From the IMG/VR virus record IMGVR_UViG_3300020477_001611, positions 37,155 to 101,154 of that record: a DNA stretch of 64,000 nucleotides; one strand, 5' to 3'. Below the pieces are notes generated by a model that had not been told where the DNA came from, ran no database searches, and was given only the letters and a program-made list of their open reading frames with translations. The stretch's first letter is position 1; each line of letters starts with the position of its first letter. The position numbers and the translations under genes were made by a program. This stretch comes from a virus. Shown in pieces: positions 29,042 to 39,102 of this stretch.

Positions 29042-31206
29042 GATAATTGAAGCTCCCCGGGCCCGAGGAAGCCTTCCTTGATTTTCTTTAATACCATGAC
29101 ATCATTATCAGAATTTCCTTGCTTTTGCACGTCATATTCTGTATTGTCGAACAACTCTTTCATTTTATCCTGTATTGTGCTCTTGGGATATCTATTTTTT
29201 CCATAATATCCATAATCGCTTTGAGCGGCCTTTTGCTCCTTTGGCGCTTCGCCTGCTTTGATTATGGGCAGAATAAAGGGCCCGCTCTCACTACTAAATG
29301 GCCATGAACTGGTTGCAGTTAGCTTTCCCTTGACATAAACAGCCTCAATGGGAAATAATTCTCGGCCTATCAATTGCAACAATTTCAAATAAGCATTTCG
29401 CATTTTATTTTGATTTTCCACTGTGCTGCTTGAAAATTTCATAGGTGATATAAAAAGGCCTTTTTTGCCACCAGCCCAAGGCGCAGGACTTACAGATATG
29501 GCGGTGTTGATCCCCATCGCGAGGTCGTATACCCAATATTTTTTCAAGGCCTCCTCAAACATGGTGATATTTACAGAAGAATCCTCTGCAACTATTTTGG
29601 GAGTCTCTAGTATTAAGCCATCGTTGTAAAAATTCCCCAATTCCAGCCCTTTTTGAGTGACGGCCACCTCATAGTTCGTACTTTGTGTGGCGCCGGCCAT
29701 TTTTGTAATGACCTTAAGAGACTGATTTTCTTTTTCTGTGGTGGTTGGTGTCTTAGTAAATTCAAAAGACAGATTATCAGGAGATAAAATCCAATCGTAC
29801 AAATAGGGGTTTGAACGCTCAGTGGAAAAAACACGATCCATTCGTTGATATTCTTCTTTGAAAACGCCGCTGGCTTGCTCTGAGATAACATTATCTGCAC
29901 CAATGGCCTTCATGAGATCTCCCATTGGTAATGGGGGGATCTGGGGCTTGGGGTCGAGGAGCGCGCAAAGTTTCTGAGCAGCCGTAGCAATTGCATTTAA
30001 ATTCTCATCTGTTACTTCACACACATTTGGCAAGCAAAGATTTGCACGAGAATCGTTAATAATGTCCAAGGTATTTGTGGAGGTTCCAAGGAATGTAAAG
30101 AAATCTATAATTTTTTTATCCGTATTCAGGCCAAGCTGAGAATAATCTTTAAAGGTAAAATTACTACTGTCTTTAGATCCTCTTATAGTTTTTAAGGCGC
30201 GCTGGATTGATGGCGTATCAGAAGTGGCCAACTCTGTTCTAAATTTATCATCCAACTGAGTTGCCAATATTGTATCAAGAATTTTACACTCGGCAGCACC
30301 CATCAGTAAAAAGATCATTTCTTGTTGTTTCACGAATGGCAATTCTTGTATATAAGAAATAAACTCCCTTACAGTTGTAATGGTTGCTGGTTGAATTAAT
30401 TTTCGTTCAACAGCCTGTTCGATAGTTTTATCACTAATATATGGATTGATATCAACCTTTTCTAAATCGGGGAGCTTTCCGTTGTCGAAGTCAACAAACA
30501 TGTCATCCACAGCATACATTGCCTCGGCAACTTCTCTAATAATTCGTGTTGTGATCATACAAAATGTAAAACACCAACCGCGAATAATAAGCTGCTCGAT
30601 AATCTTGCTTAAGTCTGGTATCGGAATGTAGGGAATGGGGGGTATTCTAGGTAATTCAAGTTGTGGGAGATAATTCTCAAACACCTCAGTTTGCTTGATG
30701 CTTTCCCCACAAGGGCCTTGGACAGCCTCTTCAAGAATTTTAGAATTGCCAACCTCTTTAGCCAAGTCCTGCAGCAACAAGAGAAGATAATATTGTACTG
30801 GGATGACGGCAAAAAACTTTACCATCTGTTCTTTTACACAGGCAATGGCGTCATATTTTGTCGTAGAGAGAATATCTGATAAAGTTTTTAAAACGCCAGC
30901 AGCGATGCCGGCAGCATCATCCTCGTTAGCAAAATTTTGAGCAAACGGGTTACACCCCTTAATATCATTCCAAAATTGTCCTTCTTTTTCTTTTTCAGAC
31001 AATGGCAGCTTTGCGTCCTGTAAGCGCTTCTTACATGGGCTTGGATCATCTGCATTTGCCAACTGCGCGACCATTTGGTCGGTAGCCTGAGCTAAATCCA
31101 ACAACACCGTAGCAGAAGCATACAGGCCGCCGGCGCTCCACGTAGAGGCGGGCTGCTGATCACTATCCTTTATCTGCTCTTGTATGGTTTTCTTTTCTTC
31201 TGTCAT
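29038..31206 (-). CDS. Hypothetical protein in baseplate module (~722 aa)
   Basis: Start moved to MTEEKK (ATG 31206), just after the upstream stop. Confidence 0.55.
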   Translation of the reverse strand: MTEEKKTIQEQIKDSDQQPASTWSAGGLYASATVLLDLAQATDQMVAQLANADDPSPCKKRLQDAKLPLSEKEKEGQFWNDIKGCNPFAQNFANEDDAAGIAAGVLKTLSDILSTTKYDAIACVKEQMVKFFAVIPVQYYLLLLLQDLAKEVGNSKILEEAVQGPCGESIKQTEVFENYLPQLELPRIPPIPYIPIPDLSKIIEQLIIRGWCFTFCMITTRIIREVAEAMYAVDDMFVDFDNGKLPDLEKVDINPYISDKTIEQAVERKLIQPATITTVREFISYIQELPFVKQQEMIFLLMGAAECKILDTILATQLDDKFRTELATSDTPSIQRALKTIRGSKDSSNFTFKDYSQLGLNTDKKIIDFFTFLGTSTNTLDIINDSRANLCLPNVCEVTDENLNAIATAAQKLCALLDPKPQIPPLPMGDLMKAIGADNVISEQASGVFKEEYQRMDRVFSTERSNPYLYDWILSPDNLSFEFTKTPTTTEKENQSLKVITKMAGATQSTNYEVAVTQKGLELGNFYNDGLILETPKIVAEDSSVNITMFEEALKKYWVYDLAMGINTAISVSPAPWAGGKKGLFISPMKFSSSTVENQNKMRNAYLKLLQLIGRELFPIEAVYVKGKLTATSSWPFSSESGPFILPIIKAGEAPKEQKAAQSDYGYYGKNRYPKSTIQDKMKELFDNTEYDVQKQGNSDNDVMVLKKIKEGFLGPGELQLS

Positions 31207-31207
31207 T

Positions 31208-32203
31208 TTAGTTCGTTTTATTCCACACACTGCTGATGCCATCAGTTGAAACTGGTGACATGTTTATTGTCTGACTTACTTGATTAATTTTGCCCGTTAT
31301 CAGCTTTAAAAAGTTAAATACATCGCTGAAACTCTTTGTCACGACCGTAATCGCCAATTCGGGAGAGGGAAGGGTGTAAACAAGAGCAGCCGGATGAGTA
31401 TGAAGTGCTAAAATAGTCTGTAGCAGCATCATATCAGTCTGCATTGAAAAAACAGTGCCGTTTAGCTCAGAGATTCTATCGTTCAAGGCACTAATCGCCT
31501 TTTCCACTTTTGGACCCTTGGCGATTCCATATAAAGCATAGGGAGAATTTTCATCGTTAAGCTGCTCTTTGGTGGGGTTTCCATATATCAAATTAACGCC
31601 AAGAGGCGACATGTTTGCTCTTTCGCCCGGGCTTGATGCACCATAAGTTGGTAATGTGGGGTCGATGCCCGCAACAATATTAACACCTTGGCGTCCCTTA
31701 ACCTCTATGATGTCTCCTAACACCTCAACAGAGGACACGTTCTGCAATGAAACTGGGCCCGTAGCCATGCGCTCGGCTGTCTTGGGGCCCTTTAAGTCAT
31801 CGTCAAACACATTATCTTTACCAGTTGCAGTGCGCTGATAAATGGAAATTCCAGCGCCCATTCGAACATTGGGGCTTTCTAAATTAATATCATCACCACC
31901 GGGTCGACCCTCATTCAAAAAACCAACCCCTAAAATCACCTTATTAGCAAAATCGCCCCCTTTCGATTTTCCGCCGATAACAGTCCCGTAGCGGCGATCT
32001 TGACCCATAAACAGTACAGAGTCTGCCTCACCCTTAACAATCGTCGCTCCCGACCTCTCAGACGCCTTAAACGCGGGGGCCTGCAAACCTTTGTAAGTTG
32101 CATTTTCGCCACCACCGGCAGCTTGGAGTTTAATGTTGTCTTCAACTCCGGGGCCGGCAGTCTCATTATTGCGCTGCCGTATTTTAGATACTTCGTTGCT
32201 CAT
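31208..32203 (-). CDS. Possible baseplate hub/spike (gp5-like) C-terminal part
   Basis: Gly-rich beta segment, short coiled coil, then an H-x-H motif (LHTHP) like spike tips; position upstream of gp25. Confidence 0.4.
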   Translation of the reverse strand: MSNEVSKIRQRNNETAGPGVEDNIKLQAAGGGENATYKGLQAPAFKASERSGATIVKGEADSVLFMGQDRRYGTVIGGKSKGGDFANKVILGVGFLNEGRPGGDDINLESPNVRMGAGISIYQRTATGKDNVFDDDLKGPKTAERMATGPVSLQNVSSVEVLGDIIEVKGRQGVNIVAGIDPTLPTYGASSPGERANMSPLGVNLIYGNPTKEQLNDENSPYALYGIAKGPKVEKAISALNDRISELNGTVFSMQTDMMLLQTILALHTHPAALVYTLPSPELAITVVTKSFSDVFNFLKLITGKINQVSQTINMSPVSTDGISSVWNKTN

Positions 32204-32715
32204 TCAAAATAACCTTTAGTGTTTTTTCCTGAATACATACCCAAATAAGGATCTAACATAATTTTATCAGTTGGATAGCCATCAAATTGAGGCGTAGTTA
32301 TATTTTCATATTTAATTTGAACCACCTCGTGAACCCGAGGAATTCTCTTCAAGTTCATTCCGGAAACATCCAGAAAAAACAAAGAACTTTCGTATTCTTC
32401 TAACGTTATCTGCCCCCTCGTGTAAGACATAAAGCGCGGGCACAACATATTAGTAGCCGGTATTTCTACCTTTAAAATAGTAATTTGCGGATCGGTCTTT
32501 GTTTGTTCGTTATTCAAAAGATCTTGATTGTTGGCCTGAAGAGACATCAAAAAATGAGGCTCTTTTTCGATCCCCCTAACGATGGCGAGAGGCTTTGATT
32601 TTTCTCCGTTGGCCGCTAGCTTATTTAAATATTCGGCAAAAAGAATGGTGACAGCTTTATGCTGCGCTATAGAGCCATAATCATTCACATACCCTCTAAG
32701 ACCATTAAAATTCAT
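32200..32715 (-). CDS. Hypothetical protein, possibly a spike-type OB-fold
   Basis: IPRVHEVVQIKY resembles the P-x-x-G-E-x-V strand of gp5/gpV OB folds. Confidence 0.35.
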   Translation of the reverse strand: MNFNGLRGYVNDYGSIAQHKAVTILFAEYLNKLAANGEKSKPLAIVRGIEKEPHFLMSLQANNQDLLNNEQTKTDPQITILKVEIPATNMLCPRFMSYTRGQITLEEYESSLFFLDVSGMNLKRIPRVHEVVQIKYENITTPQFDGYPTDKIMLDPYLGMYSGKNTKGYFE

Positions 32716-33005
32716 TTTTCGCCCGTCTTCTTTATCATATCAAAAAGATTTTCCCTCTCTTTGTCATCCAAGCTAATGTCTTCTTCGTGAGAATTCATTT
32801 TTTGCATTAAAGCAACAATCTTCACCAACTGCTCATTTGAGCGCTGCAGCGTTTCAACGTACTTCGCCGCCACGACGCCGGCCCGGGCATTTGTTGCGTC
32901 GTTAGCGGCGATTTCGCCCTTCAAGCTACTCAAAAGTCTATTAGTTTCTTTACGGTCTTCTCTTAAATTGTCTAGAGCCTCTTCAATTAATTCTTGCTTT
33001 GTCAT
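32712..33005 (-). CDS. Hypothetical helical protein (97 aa)
   Basis: SD AGGGGAG upstream; ATGA overlap with the next gene. Confidence 0.6.
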   Translation of the reverse strand: MTKQELIEEALDNLREDRKETNRLLSSLKGEIAANDATNARAGVVAAKYVETLQRSNEQLVKIVALMQKMNSHEEDISLDDKERENLFDMIKKTGEK

Positions 33006-33021
33006 GCGATCTCCCCTAGAC

Positions 33022-33029
33022 TAATTAGG
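33022..33029 (-). promoter_or_regulatory. Candidate late promoter motif CCTAATTA at the head of the structural module
   Basis: In the gap between the sigma-like gene and the first gene of the structural module. Confidence 0.45.
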
Positions 33030-33034
33030 GAAAA

Positions 33035-33745
33035 CTACAGTTTTCCATCGTTCCAATCATTCGCAAAAATAGCATACTTGACTCTAGCCTTTTTTAGAGT
33101 GTTTGCAATCTGCTTGGTATTGAGTCCAGTAATTTCTCTCAAATATAAATAAATAGCCTTCTTGTTTAAAATTTCTAATTCATCAGGATCTTTTAATATT
33201 TGAAATATTGCCAATACCACCTTTCGATCATTATCGTTTTTAACAACCTCGTGATCTTCCAACATGACATTTACAAATTTTAAAAGATGGGCCCAAAATT
33301 CCCTCTCAGTACGCTTTTTCTCATAGGTGTGCTGGGTTACAGTGTTTTGAGATTCTATCAGCTTAACAGCATCATCAAGCTGAATCGTTGTCCTGTTGGT
33401 TTTTTGATTTACCTTTACCTTGTGAATAAACCAGTTTTTAGTTATGACACTGAAATAGGAGAAGGCTTTGGATCCCCGATTAGGATTATATTTATCCAAA
33501 ATTGTAGTTAGCCATAGCTTGCAGTCATCTCTTAAATAATCTATGTTGGGGAGGGTCGTAAATTTATATGTAAAAACAATTTTATCAACCAACTCAGAAA
33601 AGGCGGGCTGGATTAGATCCTTATAAAGTTTTGTTTTCTCATTAATGTCGGTTGATACCGCATATTTTACAATAGCAGCCTCATGCTCTGGTCCAAAATA
33701 AAGTCGCTTTGTTGATTTGCGCCTCTTACGCCTTTGACGTGCCAT
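33035..33745 (-). CDS. Phage sigma factor (sigma70 region 2 / T4 gp55-like)
   Basis: LDKYNPNRGSKAFSYFSVITKNWFI matches the region-2 pattern (F/Y)-D/N-P-x-K/R...F-x-Y-F; helical C-terminal segment (LREITGLNTKQI). Start moved to MARQ (33745). Confidence 0.65.
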   Translation of the reverse strand: MARQRRKRRKSTKRLYFGPEHEAAIVKYAVSTDINEKTKLYKDLIQPAFSELVDKIVFTYKFTTLPNIDYLRDDCKLWLTTILDKYNPNRGSKAFSYFSVITKNWFIHKVKVNQKTNRTTIQLDDAVKLIESQNTVTQHTYEKKRTEREFWAHLLKFVNVMLEDHEVVKNDNDRKVVLAIFQILKDPDELEILNKKAIYLYLREITGLNTKQIANTLKKARVKYAIFANDWNDGKL

Positions 33746-34013
33746 CTTCATACCTATCCTTAAATTCCTGCAAATCACCTTTTAATTGTTTTGAATGTTC
33801 CAATAAAGCACTCAAAGTTTCATCCCCATAAAATGTTTGCATTTCATAAATTTTTTCTAAATGCCTTGTAAATTCATCAGTTGATACGATTACCAAGTCT
33901 AAATTTTCATTAAAATAAAGCAGTTTTTTCACTACATAAAAATTCAAAGCGATAGAAGCTATGACGAATCCAACAAATAAAACAAAGCCACCAATGGCAA
34001 GTATTTCAAACAT
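33726..34013 (-). CDS. Small membrane protein (N-terminal TM helix + coiled coil)
   Basis: Hydrophobic residues ~3-28; SD GGAGG. Confidence 0.6.
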   Translation of the reverse strand: MFEILAIGGFVLFVGFVIASIALNFYVVKKLLYFNENLDLVIVSTDEFTRHLEKIYEMQTFYGDETLSALLEHSKQLKGDLQEFKDRYEDGTSKA

Positions 34014-34281
34014 TTTTTTCCTCCTTCACCATATTATTTTTTCTCATTTCTTTCCTCTGTTCCTTTAGCTCGCTGCGACTCTGCTCAATAAACTCTTTTG
34101 TGACATCTCCCACTTTTTTCTCTTGCTTGGGAAGATCCTTCTTTAAGGTGAAAGAGGGGGGGAGTCGACTAATATCGATCTCAGACTTGCACGAGGGGCA
34201 CCCTTGAGGTTTATCCCCCATAGAATGCCAAGCCCCCCATACATGTTTACAACAGCCGCAATGATATTTATAGCGCGGCAT
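34006..34281 (-). CDS. FmdB-family zinc-ribbon protein
   Basis: MPRYKYHCGCC...CPSC. Confidence 0.75.
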   Translation of the reverse strand: MPRYKYHCGCCKHVWGAWHSMGDKPQGCPSCKSEIDISRLPPSFTLKKDLPKQEKKVGDVTKEFIEQSRSELKEQRKEMRKNNMVKEEKNV

Positions 34282-34484
34282 TAATTATCTTCAGCGGAAT
34301 CTTTATCATATTCAGAGTTGGAAATCTTAAAAGTTGGTGGATTTTCAACAACCAACTCTGAGTGGTTTTCCGCCACCAGCATAAAGTTAAAACTCTTCAA
34401 TATTGGTACAATATCCGTTTGCTCTAATAGCGATTTTTGTAGTGCCATCATAACAGCACCTAGGGCTTGATCTGATAATTTCAT
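34281..34484 (-). CDS. Hypothetical protein (67 aa)
   Basis: Start MKLSDQ overlaps the upstream TGA (ATGA); SD AGGAG. Confidence 0.6.
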   Translation of the reverse strand: MKLSDQALGAVMMALQKSLLEQTDIVPILKSFNFMLVAENHSELVVENPPTFKISNSEYDKDSAEDN

Positions 34485-35380
34485 TTTATTTCTCCTTTTA
34501 TCCATTCTTTTAGCGTGTCTGTTGGGTGCCAGCCAAACGTCTCACTAAACAAAGTAGTGCTAGCTAAAGTTTCTTGTGATTCGGCCAAACGTGGTGGTAA
34601 ATTAATAGTGTTTTTACTTATAAGTGAAGCCAACTCGTTAACCGAATAATTGATTCCCGTTCCAACATTTATTATTTTACCAACACATTTTTTGTTTAAT
34701 TTATTTGCAGCAGATATATTGGCTTTCACGACATCTAAAACGTGTGTAAAGTCTCTTCTTTGCTGGCCGTTTCCGACAATTGTAAGACTTTCGTTGCCGG
34801 CTCGCTGTCTCAAAAATATACCAACCACTGGTGCATATTGGCCGCGCACGGGTTGTCTTTCCCCATACACATTAAAGTATCTAAACACAACAGTCTCTAA
34901 GCCAAACAATCTTGTATACATCATACATAATTCTTCTGCGGCGGTTTTTGAGACGGAATATGGGTTCAAACAATCTTTTGGCATACTTTCTTTAAGTGGC
35001 GGCTTGTTTTTTAAGCCATAGGCAGATGATGTAGAGGAATAAACAACCCTCTTAACCCCCGCCTCTCTAGAGCACTGCAAAACATTAGCAGTTCCTAAAA
35101 CATTCGTCTTTACAGTCAGCAATGGATTTTCTATAGATGGTTGTATTCTTGCTTCGGCCGCCAAGTGAAAAACAACATCAACGCCATCAAACAAAGGCCT
35201 AATTTGCTCACATTCATTAATGTCAAATTTATAATTTTGAGCCTTATCATTCCAGTAAAACTGTTCATTTGCGCCCGATGATTCATTATCGATAACAATA
35301 ACCTCCCATCGACCCTTTAAAAGTGTATCTACTAAATTTGAACCAATAAAGCCGGCGCCGCCGGTGACTAAGCCCCTCAT
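34481..35380 (-). CDS. NAD-dependent nucleotide-sugar epimerase (GalE/WbpP-like)
   Basis: TGGAGFIG, YSVSK, FRYFNVYG, RDFTHV. Confidence 0.88.
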   Translation of the reverse strand: MRGLVTGGAGFIGSNLVDTLLKGRWEVIVIDNESSGANEQFYWNDKAQNYKFDINECEQIRPLFDGVDVVFHLAAEARIQPSIENPLLTVKTNVLGTANVLQCSREAGVKRVVYSSTSSAYGLKNKPPLKESMPKDCLNPYSVSKTAAEELCMMYTRLFGLETVVFRYFNVYGERQPVRGQYAPVVGIFLRQRAGNESLTIVGNGQQRRDFTHVLDVVKANISAANKLNKKCVGKIINVGTGINYSVNELASLISKNTINLPPRLAESQETLASTTLFSETFGWHPTDTLKEWIKGEIK

Positions 35381-36372
35381 TATTTCCACCCCTTGGTCGC
35401 GACGATGTTGCTCAAATCTGATTTATACATATCCCTAGCCAAAGCATCAAAATTATAATTCGGAGACCAGCCCAAAACTTGCTTCGCTTTTGAACAGTCG
35501 CCGAGCAAATAAGGCACTTCTTGCGGTCTAAAATACTTCCTATTCGTCCTAATAGTATCTGGAAATTGGTTTATCCCCGCTATTTCCCAGACCCTGTCTA
35601 AAAACTCTTTCACTGAATGTGTTTCTCCGGTGGCGATAACATAATCATCTGGGCTATCTTGCTGCAGCATTAGCCACATGGCGTCTACATAATCTTTCGC
35701 GTGACCCCAATCTCTTTTAGCGTCTAAATTACCAAGCTCAACATATTTCTGATTTCCAGTTCGAATATTGGCTGCAGCCATGGTAATTTTTCGCGTAACA
35801 AAGGTCTCTCCACGCCTAGGGGACTCATGATTAAAAAGAATCCCACTACTGGCGTGGAGGCCATATGAAATACGATAATTTCTTACCAAATTATGAGCAA
35901 AAACTTTAGCGCACGCATAAGGGGACGCAGGCATCAATCTTGACTCTTCATTAAAACCTTTTTTCGGAATATCGGGATTGTCCCCGTACATCTCAGAGGA
36001 GCTAGCCTGATAAAAACGACATGTTGGCAAAATATGTCGTATTGCTTCTAAAATTCTTGTTGTGCCAAGAACAATACCATTTACAGTATCCTCTGGGATA
36101 TTGAAAGATACTTTCACATGAGACTGCGCAGCCAAATTATAAAATTCATCTGGCTTATACTGTAACAGTAGGCGATAAGTTGCGCCGGCGTCGTTAAGAT
36201 CCCAATATTCCATTTTAAAATTTTTATGTTTATAAATGTGGTCAATGCGCCCCGTACAAATAACAGAAGAGCGCCGCTTGAGCCCCACAACATAGCAGCC
36301 CTTGCTGAGCAGTAGTTCTGCCAAGTATGAGCCATCCTGTCCGGTAATTCCGCTTACAAAGGCCGTTTTCAC
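35380..36372 (-). CDS. gmd: GDP-mannose 4,6-dehydratase
   Basis: GITGQDGSYL, LAAQSHV, QASSSEMYG, SPYACAK, LFNHESPRRGETFVTRKIT. Confidence 0.93.
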   Translation of the reverse strand: MKTAFVSGITGQDGSYLAELLLSKGCYVVGLKRRSSVICTGRIDHIYKHKNFKMEYWDLNDAGATYRLLLQYKPDEFYNLAAQSHVKVSFNIPEDTVNGIVLGTTRILEAIRHILPTCRFYQASSSEMYGDNPDIPKKGFNEESRLMPASPYACAKVFAHNLVRNYRISYGLHASSGILFNHESPRRGETFVTRKITMAAANIRTGNQKYVELGNLDAKRDWGHAKDYVDAMWLMLQQDSPDDYVIATGETHSVKEFLDRVWEIAGINQFPDTIRTNRKYFRPQEVPYLLGDCSKAKQVLGWSPNYNFDALARDMYKSDLSNIVATKGWK

Positions 36373-37295
36373 TCTACCCCTCGTATATTATGAGGATAGT
36401 TGTCCAAAAACCACTCACATGTATTTCTTATAGCCGAATCAAAAGACACATATTCATCTTGTGTCCACCCCATTGCACGCATCTTGGATTTATCAGACGG
36501 CTTCTTAAATTGTCCAGCAGGCATTTTAATATCCCAATTTATTTTTCCCCTATAATCCATAACTTCTGCTATTTTCTCGGCAGCCTGCCGAATAGACACT
36601 TCCCGGGAATTACCAACATTTATAGGGCCCTCTCCATTATAGTTTTTTAATACGAACAACAACTCTCTAGCCAAGTCCCTAGAGTAGGTAAACTCTCTAA
36701 GCGGAGAGCCGTCGCCCCACAATACAATATCAGCTTCATTGATCTGTGCCTCATGCATTTTTCGGATAATGGCGGGAATCACATGCGAATCATTTAAATC
36801 AAAATTATCATATTCGCCAAATAAATTATTAGGAACCGCTGTAATATAATTACAACCATATTCTTTCCGGTAAGCTCGCGATTGCACATCCAGCATTCTT
36901 TTAACATGTGCATAGGCAAAGTTGCTGGGGTGTGGTGGGCCCGAATGAACCTGTTTCTCCGTTAATGGATATTTGATAGCATCGGGAAATATACATGTGC
37001 TCAGCATCGACAAAACCTTTTTAACGCCGGCCCTCCTGCAAGCCTCTAGCGTATTCGTGTTAATAAGGATATTGTCAAAATAAAAGTTGCCGGGGGAATC
37101 AGAATTTGCTTTTATGCCCCCTACTTTTCCAGCCAAGTGTATAACGTGAGTCGGCCGATGTTTTGAAATAACAGTACAGGCCTCCTCTAGGTTTCTCAAA
37201 TCACACTCACGAGAAGACAGATATATTGCCTCGCAGCCATTGGCCTGAAAGGCCTTTCCTAACATGCCGGATCCGCCGGTAATCAAAATTTTCAT
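36369..37295 (-). CDS. fcl: GDP-L-fucose synthase (epimerase/reductase)
   Basis: HLAGKVGGI, STCIFP, YAHVK, SHVIPA, WGDGSPLREF; adjacent to gmd. Confidence 0.88.
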   Translation of the reverse strand: MKILITGGSGMLGKAFQANGCEAIYLSSRECDLRNLEEACTVISKHRPTHVIHLAGKVGGIKANSDSPGNFYFDNILINTNTLEACRRAGVKKVLSMLSTCIFPDAIKYPLTEKQVHSGPPHPSNFAYAHVKRMLDVQSRAYRKEYGCNYITAVPNNLFGEYDNFDLNDSHVIPAIIRKMHEAQINEADIVLWGDGSPLREFTYSRDLARELLFVLKNYNGEGPINVGNSREVSIRQAAEKIAEVMDYRGKINWDIKMPAGQFKKPSDKSKMRAMGWTQDEYVSFDSAIRNTCEWFLDNYPHNIRGVE

Positions 37296-37305
37296 ATTTT
37301 TTCCT

Positions 37306-38079
37306 CTATGATTTTTCTATTGTAATGCGCGTGGATGGGAGCAAAACAGCGCTACTTGTTGAAGGTAGCCTAAAGCTCTCCTCGGGGAGGCCCTCTAGAT
37401 ACTCGCGAACTTTTCGCTTATCCTCTTCCCACAATGGCTTATCTTCATTGTAAAACTTATCACATGTATAGTTGGGCACGTTTCTTTTATCCCAGTCATG
37501 CCAAAAAGTCAAATCCTCGTCCGTGAGTTGAAATCCAAGATCAGTGGCGATGTCTCCCATCCATAAGTCAATTTGCATATTGTATGAAACATGGCCCATT
37601 GCATCATAAAAGTCTCTATTAAGATATGGAACCGTTGCACATGGATGCGTATGGCCATCGGCACCATCATACACCATCGTTCTGATATGTACAAATTTTC
37701 CCCGATATCTCTCTTTTATTAGCTTATCCCAACATTCCGTTGTGTTGGTCATATCATCAGTGGCAAAGTGGATCCACTCCCCACGAGCCATCGAGGCCAG
37801 CTTATTCCAACATTCGTGCAGTTCTCCCCATGGGCGCCGAGTTTGAAAAATGTGATATTTGAAATTCAAGGACCCCCACGCTCTTACTTGATAACTTTGA
37901 AGTTGACTAATACTAGCCACATCATCATGGTCCATTCCAACAATAAATTCTATATCATTAAGATCGTGCGCCTTATCAATAAAACTATGTAATGTTTTGA
38001 TCATGCCCATCAGCCGCTCTCTAGTCAGCAGCAGAACACTCACAAATGGCCTTTTTTCTTCTAAATTTTCTTCTGGCAT
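37306..38079 (-). CDS. GT2/GT-A-like glycosyltransferase
   Basis: VSVLLLTRER, IVGMDHDD, N...A.GEW...TDD, D.W. Confidence 0.65.
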   Translation of the reverse strand: MPEENLEEKRPFVSVLLLTRERLMGMIKTLHSFIDKAHDLNDIEFIVGMDHDDVASISQLQSYQVRAWGSLNFKYHIFQTRRPWGELHECWNKLASMARGEWIHFATDDMTNTTECWDKLIKERYRGKFVHIRTMVYDGADGHTHPCATVPYLNRDFYDAMGHVSYNMQIDLWMGDIATDLGFQLTDEDLTFWHDWDKRNVPNYTCDKFYNEDKPLWEEDKRKVREYLEGLPEESFRLPSTSSAVLLPSTRITIEKS

Positions 38080-38094
38080 CGTGTATTTTCCTTT

Positions 38095-39102
38095 TTACCT
38101 TGTTAAAAACTGCCTTTCAGATGACACCCTATTTCTCCAATAATCCAATAAATCGTTCATAGTCTCTTCAAAAGATATTTCAGGGTGCCAGCCAGTATGA
38201 GAAGTAAATTTAGTAGTGTCAGGAACTTGCAAATCGGCATCTACAGGCCTTAGTCTTTCTTTATCAACTTCCACCATGATGTTTTTACTTGTTGATTTAG
38301 ATATTAAATATTTCAACATTTCCCCTATGGTACATGAAAAAGTGCCCCCTATGTTATAATATTCTCCAGAAACAGGATTTTTGGTGACAAGCAAATAATA
38401 AGCCCTCACGGCATCTCTCACATCTGTCCAAGTCCTTAAAGAATCCAAATTCCCAACCTTTACAACCGGCGGAATAAGACCGAGTTCTATCATTGCAATC
38501 TGCTTTGCAAAGGTCGATTCGGCAAAAACATCGCCGCGGCGAGGGCCCGTATGTGTAAACATCCTTGTTGTCATGATTTTCATGTTATATGCTTCTGCAT
38601 AATATCTTCCAATTAGGTCAGTTCCAATTTTAGATATTGCATACGGTGAAGCTGGATGGAAATTTTCTTCCTCAGTGATTGGCGTTCTGTCGGCAGGAAC
38701 TCTGCCATACACCTCCGAAGAGGCACAAACGTGTATGTGGGGATCAAAATTACCCTTTCTCAAAGCTTCTAACAGCTTTGCAGTCCCAATAATATTTGTA
38801 TTGAGTGTATCAAGCGGAGCATTAAAGCTGGTTTTGGGGTAGCTCTGTGCTGCTAGGTGAAAAACATAATCCGGCCTTGATTCTGCAGACGCGTCCATTA
38901 AAGAGGGTAAATCATTTAAATCGCCGTATAAAAGAAACACCCTATTTTTATTATTAATCCTGTTTGACAAATGCTCAATGTTTTCCAGATTGTCATTCCA
39001 GCGTAAAAAACCATATATCTGCCAATCAGTATTTTCTAAAAGAAAATCCGCCAAATGTGATCCGACCATACCGGTTATGCCGGTTATTAGACACCTAGTC
39101 AT
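38095..39102 (-). CDS. GDP-sugar 4,6-dehydratase/reductase (Gmd/Rmd-like)
   Basis: GITGMVG, HLAAQSY, ASSEVYG, SPYAISK, GNLDSLR. Start moved to MTRCL (39102). Confidence 0.85.
   Translation of the reverse strand: MTRCLITGITGMVGSHLADFLLENTDWQIYGFLRWNDNLENIEHLSNRINNKNRVFLLYGDLNDLPSLMDASAESRPDYVFHLAAQSYPKTSFNAPLDTLNTNIIGTAKLLEALRKGNFDPHIHVCASSEVYGRVPADRTPITEEENFHPASPYAISKIGTDLIGRYYAEAYNMKIMTTRMFTHTGPRRGDVFAESTFAKQIAMIELGLIPPVVKVGNLDSLRTWTDVRDAVRAYYLLVTKNPVSGEYYNIGGTFSCTIGEMLKYLISKSTSKNIMVEVDKERLRPVDADLQVPDTTKFTSHTGWHPEISFEETMNDLLDYWRNRVSSERQFLTR

Noticed and set aside
33726-34013. Holin or spanin
   Set aside because: Only a single TM helix, with no endolysin or lipoprotein partner nearby.
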